Shown here: piece after piece, positions 36,201-48,200 of the stretch | How positions within the stretch are numbered: the first letter of the stretch is position 1 | Layout of the letters: every line of letters starts with the position of its first letter | Translations under genes and position numbers: made by a program | The notes under the pieces: model-generated | Told to the model about the DNA's origin: nothing | Database searches by the model: none | The model's input: only the letters and a program-made list of their open reading frames with translations | NCBI GenBank assembly: GCA_046563655.1 | Contig: CM102284.1 | Span: 7,130,001 to 7,194,000, forward strand | Origin: Yuukianura sp. NJ FZ-2021 | Taxonomy: Eukaryota | DNA: 64,000 nt | Direction: 5' to 3'

Positions 36201-39200
36201 TTCTTGAGTTTGCAGATGAGAAAAACCAAAAAAGAAGAGAATAAACAAGAGATTTTCTTAATTATAATTTTCACTCTTCCCTTGTTAAGCTCCTCAACTT
36301 TCTCCTTCTGTCTACCCGCCTCTCCTTCTTTTCTTTTTGCTAACAAACTAGGGTTAGGACGCCAGCATAAGGAAAAAGTTTGATGCTAATGCTTAATAAT
36401 AAAGTAAGAGAAAGCGAGGAGGATGATGAAGACAAAAAGACAAAAGTTTTTGTCTTTTCCAAAGAGATTAGACAGGGAACAGGGACAGGGAGCGAAGAAT
36501 TCAGATTTCGTAGTTACTCCCTCCGCTTCTTTTCCTTTGTCTTCTGTGGGGACTTCATTTTGGAAAAAGATAATCATAGGGTCTTGACACACTTTTCACT
36601 CCACTTTCACTCAGTTTCTCCAACGAAACTTAGCACAAAATGCAAAAACAAAGACAGATCAAAGACCTTACAGAAAGCAAAATTTCAGAGGAAAAACGAC
36701 TACAAAAAATACGAGTTATATGGTCGCGTATTTCTAGTTGAATTTCAAATTTAGAAATCCTATCCTGCACAAAACAAAAGAAAATGAAAAACTGGGAGTA
36801 AATTACTGCACGGAGATTTTAACCAATATTAATTTTTTTTTTAAGAAGACACCCTCAACTCCAGAGTTTGCAAATTCAATACGACGGTCCCCATTAAAAT
36901 AAAAGTGTCAGCTAGGATAGACAGTTCCGCCCGTGCTTTTTGAAGTGCAATTTTGATTTGACGTGCTCGACGCACAATCGAACGCGGACTTTTTAACGTT
37001 TTGTACATTCAATTTTTTTTAACAACTCAAAATTCCATTTGACAGTTGAAAATTTGGCCAATTATTAAGCTTTTCCCTTCCCTTTCTCTCAACACCAGAA
37101 AAAAAGAGTGAGAAAATTTCACTTTTCTCCACTTTTTTCATCATTTTGAAACAAGCAACTGTACAAAAATAACAAGCAATTATCCATTATTTCACAGAAT
37201 TCGACGTGTGAAAAATGCATTATTCTTAGCACTTCCAAGTTTTTCTTCAAAAAATATAAAATCAGAGCAACTGTCTCTTTTTTAGTCACTTTCCGCGTTA
37301 AGGCAGCGAGACTCAGATTTCGGATTTTTTCCACAACTTTTTTTTTCTAGAAGTTTTCGAAGTAAAAAGAAAGAAAAGTGACAAGAATCTCAAGTTTTCG
37401 AATAATTTCTTTTCTATTTTCCCTCTCCACTTTTTTTTTATTTTATTTTATTTTTCAAGTTTACTTTCCCATTGAAAAATTTGAAGTTTTCTCTCCCCCT
37501 TTCTCCTTCCCTGGCCTCAGAAATATTCCTTTAGCAGCTACTGTAGTATCAGCTTCACTAACTTCAACTTAAAGTTCCGTCTCACGAAAAAAGAAAGTTT
37601 TCATTTCAAAAAAATCTCCAAAATCTCAAAATCCGCCTCCTATTTCTTTCGCTTCAAACTCTTTGCCAATTTTTTCCTCCCCTGCTCCGTATGCCTCTAA
37701 ATCCCAACATGGGGGTTCTATCCATTGCAACTTCATTGCTTACATTAAAAGAAAGCTTCCAAGCCCCCAAAAATCCGTTTTAGAAGGAAAAAAAGCGCGC
37801 CCTTTTTTCAAAAAACCACTTTTCGTTTTCTCAAAACCCATATTCGCAACTGTCAAAGTGGGTCTTCAGTCTCTTTTTCAAATGAAAGTAAAATCATGAC
37901 TTGGAGGTTCCAAGAATAATTCTATTCCATTTTCCATCATTTCAACATCTTTTCTAGAAAAATAGGCATTTCAAAACAAAGAGGATTTCACTGTTCTCCT
38001 CCATTTCAGATTACTCTTACCAAATGCTGGGGGACATGAAGATGGCAAACATAAAATTTAAATACGCCATTCATATTCACATATCCCTCAGACAGAAGAG
38101 TAAAAAACTACCGGGAAAACTCTAGTATTCAGCTCAACTTTCAAAATTTGAAGTCTCCCGCTGTTCCGTGAAAACTTTCTCCATAGCCTAAAAACTATTT
38201 AAGATTTAGACCCATACTGTACTTTTGTCCAAAAATCCAGAGGGATGACCACCACAATCCGTTTCAGGATTTATGTCAATCATAAAATTTCAAAAAACCC
38301 GCATTTTCCCACTTTTATTTTCTCCAGCCCTGCCCACCACAAATTCAAAACATCATTCCAGCCCTGTTACTTTCTCTTCAACTAAATTTCATCTCCTTCT
38401 GTCCAGAAAATTACAACTACTAAATTTCATATAATTCAGGGGAAAAAAATTGAAATTTTACATTTTCGAAAAGATTTCCAACACCGAAACACAAGAAAAA
38501 GTGGCTCTAGTCGCACTCCAGTTTTCGAAAATTACGAAAGAACAATAGTTTCAATAAAGAAGAAAGTATTTTCGGTTCAAAAGAAAAAAAGACATGCCAA
38601 CTTGTGCCAAAAATAAAATGAAGGACACAATCTGCGTTGTTTTCAAAATATTTCACATGTTTCTTCCAAAATACACGATTTGTGTTTTTGTCCAAATCCA
38701 GCCCCTTCCAAAACACTTTTCTCCCAGCCCTATTTTCAAAAACTTTTTTAAAAACCGCTTTCCCTCCAAAACTGCCAAAATCACAAGAGCGGGAACGAAA
38801 AGCTGGATAAGCATCAATGTTTCTGCCTTAAATTCTAAAATATTCCAAAAACAAAATCCCCAAAGACTGTTTCTGGAGCAGTACAAGAGCAGTCCAGCCC
38901 CACTTGAAATTCTGCAACAGCTGGAGAGATTATAGGACATTTTCGGGTGACAAGATTTAAATAAGCAGAAGCCATTTCTCGTCCAGGAGGGAAAATACAC
39001 AAAGATAGGAGCATTCAGTAGGAGATCATTAGGATCTAATCTCTAAAATCCAACACACTTTAACTTGGCAGAGGGACCATTTAAGTTCCTGTTCCAAAGT
39101 CCTCGACAGTCGCCAAATCCTCTTCCACAAGAGCCCAGCTCCACCCTAACCAAGTCTTTTCAAATGTCAGTGAAAACCATCTACACTAAAACCTAACAAA

Positions 39201-42200
39201 ATCCAAAAGAGGAGGAGAACAGCCGCTCTTATTCCCTTTTGCCAAAATTATTTCCAAAAACACAACACAAAAAAAATGCCCAAAAAGAATAACAAGAACC
39301 AACTGACCTGCAAAAAAAAACTCAAATTAAAATCTCATACATCATGTACAGTCATGACCAGAAAAGAAAAAAAAAGTTGCAAAAACTTTTACTTTTCTTT
39401 TTTTTCCAATTTTTCTCCAAAAATCAATAAATCCAGTTTTTTTTTCTCCATCCTCGGCCACTTTCTCATACTTTTTTGTCCCACAAGCCAAAGACTGTAA
39501 TTCAATTTATAATTTCCCTTTGCCAAAAAAAAATGAACTGCAACTAGCCTAACTTTTCCTTCCAGAAAAAAAAAGAACGTGAACACTCACAGTCTGCTGT
39601 GCAGTTAGACCATAAAAACTACAGAAAAGGAGAAATTAAGTACTTTGGACTTCCAGAAAATTTTGTGTTTCGTGTTTCAACTTTCTTCTGCGCCTTCCTC
39701 CAAATTCCTCTGTTGCCGTTTTGCTTTTCCAAAAAAGTAAATAAAGGCAATTTGGTCTTGTAAAAGAAGCAAAGGAAAATAAGTTCCATTTCATTTGAGT
39801 TTTCTGGAAGGACTCTCCACCAAACTGCCGCCTCCTCCGTCGGTTCACTTCCAAATCAAAGGGAAAAGTCTCAAAGTGAAAGTCAGACAAGTGGAAAAAA
39901 CCTATAAGACGACATTTGAGAACAAAATGAAAAGTGACTTCTGCGACTTTCTCCATCAACCACCCAAAATCCAATCCACCAACTCCTCTGAGGAATCTCA
40001 CCATCCAGAGTTCTACAACTTCAAAATTTCGAAAACAACAAAAACAAAAATCCACAAAAAAAAGACTTTTGGCATCTTCAGTTTTTTCCTTTCACAGTTC
40101 AAACAAAACTAGGACAAAACCTAACAATTTTTCTTCGAAAAAAACCAAAGAATCAGGAGTCTCAAGCATCATGTCCAAAAAATACAGCATTTGTCTTATT
40201 CACATTCTGCTTCTGTTAGGCTAAACCTAACCTTTTGTTCGCTTGTAACTCAACTTCATCTTAACATCCGATTAAACCCTGGTAAGATGAATTCCATAAG
40301 TTTTTCTCCTTTTTGATTAGGTTCTGATTTGATTTTGATTGATTCTCTCCAAGGACTTTCTCTTTTTCCTAAGGCTCTCCAGGTTTCCCAGTCTTTTTTA
40401 ACGTAAACCTTCTGCCTCAATTGTTCCGCAATTCGATCCTAGCAGTTTTCCGAAATTTTTTGAACAGGAGAGTAGTCGATATTTGGTAGGATCAGGAAGT
40501 AAGGAACCGAGATCACTATCTCCCCCCTCCTTTCTCTTCTAATTCAATTTTAGTTTCCACATGGGATTCAATTGGCCAAGAATCGAGTAAATAATGGAAA
40601 CCAACTGAATTAACGATCTACCACGGTCAGTAGACAGACAGCAAGGGAGAAAGTGCTTTGGAATGAAGGCACAATAGGCAGCAGAGGACAATGCTCAAAC
40701 AAAAGGAGCTCCACAACGCTAGTTGTGGACAACTCACCACAAAATACGCCCCTTCATCTAATTATTTACCAAAAATCCCCTGCAGCTTCCCCTCTTCAGC
40801 CTTTGTAGTCATCCAAACTGAGATTTTCCTACAAATGATCCACAATAAAACCTCCTACACATAATAATGCCCACACAAAAACTACCTACACAAAAAAAGG
40901 CCACACAAAACATAACAAAACGTGAGAACTCAAATAATCACATTGAAAATAAAACGAGGCAGATTGGAAAAAAAAAGTTTTATAAAAGTGAAAGTCGTTT
41001 TTCGGAAAACAAAAACCAGCCTATGCCTAACAAAATCTGATAACTTTTCCCGCCTAAATTGAACCTTGTGATGTTGTAATTTTAGGAATAGGCCAGGAGA
41101 ACTTTCCCTTCCAAAGTTCAATGTCCTCCCGCTTTCTCCAGCCACCAAAACGCACTTTCCCTCAACCAATGCTAATGACCAGCAGGAAGTTCTAGGAAAA
41201 AGGCTTTCCAAGGACCAGCACCAGCCTCAAACACACTTTCCACCGTCCTCCTTCCTTCTCTAGTTCAGTTTGGTCAAACGGAAAGAGAATTCATTTTAAA
41301 TTCACTTTCACAGTTTCCCTCTTTCCTCTCCTGGCACTGGAAAAAGCTGTTAGTATTACTTTCCAATTGGAGGAAGACGACGAGAAAGGAGAGGAAGGAA
41401 AAAGTGTTTCATGAAAAAATCAGGAAGAGAGGAAAGGCTTTCAAAAAAGAACCAAAGTGAAGGAAAACAGGAAAATATCGTAGATTCAAAAGGAAAGAAA
41501 ACTACACTTTTTTGTACTTTTTCTCCTGGAAAAGTTTGTTTCCTTGTAGTCAATATTCGATCACCGGTGTTAATGTTCCGGAAAGGAAAAGGAAGCAGAA
41601 AAATCCCGGACGCACAAAGTTGTTGGTTGACCATCATCTCTACACAAAATTCTCATCTTTCTATAAAAAAAAATTCTGAAAAAAATCCATTTTTATACAA
41701 TCTGCCCAAAACCTATGGAAGCTGAGGGGATAGAGCGGAAAAGTGAAAAAAATCTTCAACTGCTCTCACTTTCTCCTTCAAACTTTAACTTTTTCCTCAG
41801 CAGATTATCTTTCCTCTTCCGAAGAAATTTCCACTTTTTCTCCCCTTGGTGGTCACTCAATTGGATCAAAAACTTATTTCAAAAAAGTAGAAAAATCAAA
41901 AAATGAACAAATTTCGAAATCAACGAAAAAAATATTTTCCGCTAGATTCAATTCAAATGACATCAAATCCTCACTTTTTCAGAAAATTTTCCACTCTTTT
42001 TTTTTGCTTTCAGACTTCGAGAATTTTTTTACTGGCTCAACTTTAAAAAAAGCATGAAAAATTCTCTAATCGAATTCGTAATTTTTCTGAAACGGGTTCG
42101 TGATTGCCCAAAAATTTGTCATGCTTCACTTCATATTAAATTAGTAACTTGAACGTGTGAAATTGGACTTTGGTGTTTTAACTGGTTGAGTGACGTTAGA

Positions 42201-45200
42201 ACTGACTCGTCCCTTTCACCATTTCATTTTCCCTCCACCACAACTTTCTCTTTTGTTTTTGTTTTTCGCTATAAAAGTATAAAAGTAAAATCGATGATTT
42301 TTCATCAGGCTAAAATCCCTTTTGTGTTTAAGGGCTTCTGCCAGGAGTTGCCTGGAAAGTCATTCTCGGTCGTCAGTCAAGAGACAGCCTCCACAATGTC
42401 ATTCACTGTCTCGCCCAAACTCACTTTCCCTTTCACACGTTCACGCCAATGTTCTCCATCATACCCCACCACCCTCCAGGAATTGGCAATAACCAGGCCC
42501 CTGCCAAACACAATGGAAACCAATTGTCATCCGCACATCCTTCCCCCTTCTCCACTTTCACCGCCGCCCATCACTCTCCCACGCCAGAAAAGATGAATAC
42601 GGCCTTTTACGCAAATTATTCCACAAACATTTTAGCAAAGTGCTAAAAAAAGTTAAAAACCGACGCAACCCAGCCCACTTTGCAGTTGAGCTCACAAAAT
42701 TACGAAACATTGTTTGTACCTGCAAAAACAGTCAAGTTCGAACTGGCTGTCACTGGATCGCCAACTCCATTTTCCGCCAAACATTCATAAGTTGCATCGT
42801 CCCGTAAATGCCGAATTGGTTCTATCCGAAGCATCGACACTCCCGCGAAATTTTGAATTTGAATCCTAGAGTGTACGCTTGTCAACTTCTTTCCATTTTT
42901 CCGCCAGTGAACTGAAAATACAGAAATATTTCAATACTGTGCTCTTAGTATTTTTCAGTTTAATTTTGTCGATTGAATTCGTCACCAAAATTCAGATACA
43001 AAACCAATTGATTCAGAACTTTAATGAATGTTTTATTTTGAGACTTCCAAAACTCATGCAAAATTCACAATTTCCAAAAAGATTTTTATGCAAAATTAAG
43101 TTCGAAGGTTTGAAAATATTAAACTAACCTTGTGGCGGTGGATCACCAGTGACACGGCAGTAGAATGTCGCAATTGATCCAACACGAACCCGTTGATCCT
43201 TTGGTCTCTCCACTATTTGCGGCGGATCTGAAATTCACAAAAACAAAATTGTTAGTTACTCCTTCCACTTTCTATTTTTCGTGTCCCAATTTCACGTCGA
43301 TTTTTAGCAAATCCGACTCGGCCCGACGAATCGCTTCCATCATCAGTTGAGCCGAAAATTGCATTCCTTAACACTAAAATCATTATTGACTCTTCACTCA
43401 CGCGTCAAATACTGAATGTATGGGTAGAGAGCAGAGAAGTTTGAACCTACAGGGAGGAATGACATTTAGACTTTCACCTCAGTCCAACTGCTTTCTCCTG
43501 AACCCTTGACAAAACCAGGAAGAGAAAGGAAAGAACAAGATCATCAACCCAACCTCACTCAATCTCCAAAAGTAGGCTAAAAATCCCAAAGTCTGTTCAT
43601 AGCCTGGGATTTTTAGTGTAGGTAGGATAGTTACTCCCTCCATGTCCACATCATCCCAGCGGATGGAAGAAGAAGGCTTAAACCCCACCATCATTTCTCA
43701 TCCGTCTCTAAATCCAGCTCCACCACCACACAAAATGCTTCCACATCATAACTCAGACGAGGAATATCCGAGGACTTGAGAGGCATATCAATAAGCAAAA
43801 GACCATCAAGCATGAACCTACACAACACAATCTCAGGATAATCTTTACTTTCTCCTAAATACGAGAAGGGAGATAAGCAAAAGGCTTCTATACTTCCACT
43901 TTCCCCGCCAAATGATCTTGTTTAGAATACCACTTTTAGTACACCGAAATTTCAGTCTTACGTTAGATCTAAAACCATTATTACCCACATAAACAAAAAC
44001 TATAAAATAGAAAACAACAACAAAAAAGTGAAAAAAAAACTTGTAAACACAATTTGCAATTCTAAAGGTCAATTCTCAGAAATAATTTACGCGAGAAACA
44101 GGAATTCTAGGAACGTGCGAACTGTGGCGTGCGCAGGTTGGGGAGATTTTGAGCTCATTAACACTGCACCATACATTCGAACAGGTGAGAACCAGTTACT
44201 AAAATTAACGTTAAACCTCCATTTGACGATAATCATTAATACACATCATCATCATGATGCGCTGAGGGCTGTTTACAAACACATTGCCTAAACAATATTA
44301 GCATGCATTATGCAATTCCAAGGACCGGAAAATTTCACAAAATTGACAATTCAAAAACAAAAATAAAAAACATTACCAAGTGTGACGCACACAAGGAAAA
44401 CCTGTTTTTTGAATTCTGAGTATTGGAGGTTCCTCTTCCAAGAAATCTTAAGGGAAAGAAGCGGTTTCCTAACATCCTTCCAAAATTAACAAAACATTGT
44501 ACGCCCAAGTATCTCTCCATTTGGTATAAAACTACCGGCTTCGAGCCATGTAAATCAGTACGAAAATTACTTTCGAAAACCAAACTTCTCTGAAAAACCA
44601 AAACTCGCGTCCACTTCAACAAAATGGCTTCAAAACTTTTCGTCTTCTTGGCCGTCTTGGTCTGCGTTGCTGTTGTGGCCATCGGTAAGTTACTTTGTAT
44701 TAAGCTAAATTACAAACTTCAAAATCTCTAATTCTAGAAATGGTTTTTAAAAAACAAAAATATTTCCAATATTTCCAGGAGTCACTGAGGCCCAATCCTA
44801 CCACGGACCGTGCAGTGTTGACTGCGGTCGTAGTGCAGCGGAGATCTCCCAATGCTGTCGGGCTCATGGCAATAGCGGCGGATACTGCCGTGGTTCTTCA
44901 GCCTACTGTTACTGATCATAACTTCAAAACATCAAACTTCCTACCTCTTATCCTATTGTTCATGAACAAATAAATTGCATTTAAATTCCAAAATCTCTCG
45001 ATGCTATAAGAATTTCATTTTATTCCAAAACATTAGCCTAGAAATTATCACACCTAGAAGAGTGATGGCGCTAATCTAAGTTCTGGACTTGCTACTAACG
45101 TGGCATGTCACTTCTGTTTTTAAAATTGCAAAAAAATTTACGACACAATTCAGGGGCGCTCCACGCCCTTTGAACTTTATAATAGCCAATTGTCTTCCAC

Positions 45201-48200
45201 ATTTTCAAATACTTCGACGTCTTAACTCCAAAGTCAAGGCTACTCATAAATATTTCACAAAAAAAAATGAGAACCAAAAACCTAAGCGGTTGTGATTTTC
45301 GCAATTCATTTCAAACAACTCTTAAAAATTGGTTGGCAAAAAAAAATCCAATTGCAAAATGTCGAAATTCTCGGTTTTTTTGATCGTAGTAGCCTGCATT
45401 GCTGTTGCATTCATTGGTAAATTCATTTACAACATACGCATATTTACATTTACTTTCAATTACAAGGCAAAAGTTCATTATGTGATTTGGTCAATCATAT
45501 AGGTATCTCACAGGCTGTGTACGTTGAACCATGTAGCGTCGACTGTGACCGAAGTGCTCGAGAAATTGCTCAGTGCTGCAAGGCCCACCGTTACGACACT
45601 GGGTATTGCCGTAGTGGAAACGCCTATTGCTACTACTATACATAAGTTTTACTAATTCCAAAAAAGAATTAAATATTTATCACGTAATCGCAAAACAACT
45701 GATTTACATCAAAACCGTTGGGCCTGAAAATTTAACTTTTTGCAAATCTCAAGTCAAAAGCCCATAGCCTCTGCAAGCTCTTCTTTTTCTCATAATTTTA
45801 TTTCTAACCATTCAATAAATTTTGCCTAATCTAATTTTTTCTCCTCTACTTCCTTTCTCCGTCACTTTTTTGTTAAAAAAGAAAAGCGATATGCAAGCCA
45901 AAACCATGTTCTTTCACAAATAGGCTCCCCAACCTACCTAACAAAGGAAAGATTGCTTTCCCTGGTCCTGGAACCATGTGTACCCTTAGGAATAGAGCTC
46001 CAAGTCATTTATGCCCTTATTTCCCCAAGGGCCCACCCACCCCTTACCTCTCGTATAATCGGCTCATGAACCTAACCAAGTCTCTTCACAATCAAAATCC
46101 AAATACACTTCAATAACAACCACACTCTGCATCTACTCTCAAAATAAGTTTCACATCACCGGAAATCACATCACTTTCACTTCCCACTGCATAGTAAGAA
46201 GACAGGAAATTACGGAAGAGGAAGTGGGAATAAACAGATTTAAAGGCAAGAGACGAACACAAACCTCTGCTTTCACTCCCTCCTTTCACCAGCCACCAGC
46301 ATTCTAGTAAATAATTCCAAGTCAACAAACGCTACAGGCACCACGAGCTCTCAGGTCCACCGGGAAAACTTTTTTTAAAAAAGTCCCTCGTTCTAAAACA
46401 TGTACAGAATATTCAATTGGAATGCAGCCCCCCATGTGCTTTTGCTTTTCTAAAAAACGATTTTTCAGTATTACGATAAAAACATTTCCATTTCAATACA
46501 AAACACTTTTACTTTTGACCGAATTTCTTTTTAATCTCCTTAAAAAAACTTACTCGAGGTCGAGGTGTTGTGTTTTCATGTAAATGCTGGAACAGCTATG
46601 GCCATTTTTTTCAGTTTCCACTTTTTTTCTTGGAAATTTTTCATTACTTTACCTCAACGCTTCAAACCAAAACCAAAACTTCCTAAGAATCGAACCAACA
46701 GGTGAAAAATTAGACTTCCTCCAACTTATTTTCTACCACTTCCACAAAAATACCGCAAAAACAGTACTAGTCCGTTACATTTCATGACAAAAGCATGCAA
46801 TCCTACAAAAGTAAATTTAAAAAAAAACTCTTTCCTGTTTCTCTTAAAGTAAGGGCAGCGCCAAAGGAACTGTAATTAATGGAAATCTCAGCTCAAATTT
46901 CTTGGTTAAAAAAAAGCAGAGAAAGCACACAACGGGATATCGGTTGATTCGGAGTGTAAGTGGGAGACGAAAGACAGTTAGTGCTTTGTATCCCGCAGCC
47001 TTCGAAAAACTCAAAGCAATCCCGAATCAACTTGGATCTCCAGCAGAGCCAGCAGCAGCAGTCACCGAAAGTAGGCCTGCTGGAATCCCAAACTTATCAA
47101 AAGTCTTCCATTAGAAACCCAAAAGACACCAAACTTTTACTTTCTCCTCATGCTATCCCTGCTATTTAATTTAACACCCTCCTCCTTCCCCGTAAAACCC
47201 AAATGAAACGACACTTCAACCACCACACAACTTTAATTTTAGACACAATAATTAATTACAACTCCACCACCATCAGAGCACTTCTAATTGCAATCCACCT
47301 TACACAACAAAAAGCGTCAATTTTCACCTCAATTCTTCAATTTGCAGAAAAAAGCAGCGAAAGTCGAAAATAAATTCCTGTCATCCGAAAAATCACCGTA
47401 CACAAGTTAGCGCTCAGAAGCTTCCAAGAATTTCCGTCTACTCAACGTCCAACTTTTCGAGTTCCATCAACGCTAACATCCTCGACCTAACCAAAAAGCC
47501 TAACCACAAACTTGGAGAAAATGAAGACTGGTTCTGGAAAAGATCAAAGATTGGATGATCGAGTGAAAGTTGTGGTGACACGCTTGAGTTGATGGATCAT
47601 TTTCTCACTCTCCAGAGAGCAAAAGAGCGGCAAAAAGAGAAAGTCCCCTCATCTTTCAAATTCCAGGCCTTATGGAATGCCTAACCTTAGCTTCTCCCTT
47701 AGTCCTCCAGAATCAGACTCCGACAGAAGGAGCCACTCATCCACAAAAACCCATCAACGAACTCCACAAATCCTTTGGGAAAAAGGATTTCCAGTTCCCG
47801 CAACTCGACCAGTAGTGGACAAGCAGCCCATGTACACAAAGTAGAACAAGATTAGAAGAGTTAATCATCCAATACTGACCCAAAAGCACATCTTCCCGCC
47901 TCTGACTCATCTTCATCTCACCAACAAAAGAAACATTTCTCCAACAAAAACGTAGCCTAACTTAGAGAAAGTAGAAGAAAAGCACTAAGAACCTAACCTA
48001 ACTTTTAGAAAAGAGAAACATTTCTAATTCTGGACAGTGTATAGCTATTTTGTTACTTTCTCAAATGAACTTACACCTTCTTCCAAGTGAACTAAAAATG
48101 GGAAATGTGCCTTTCTCTTCCAATTACGACCCCATTGTGAAACCGCAATAGAAAAGTTAGTCTCCCATAAAATCCTTGGCTCTCTCTACGGCAATAGCAT

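Noticed and set aside
44335-44973. ORF-track calls 44335-44682 (-) and 44740-44973 (+)
   Set aside because: Antisense and wrong-frame shadows of the spliced diapausin-like gene 1.
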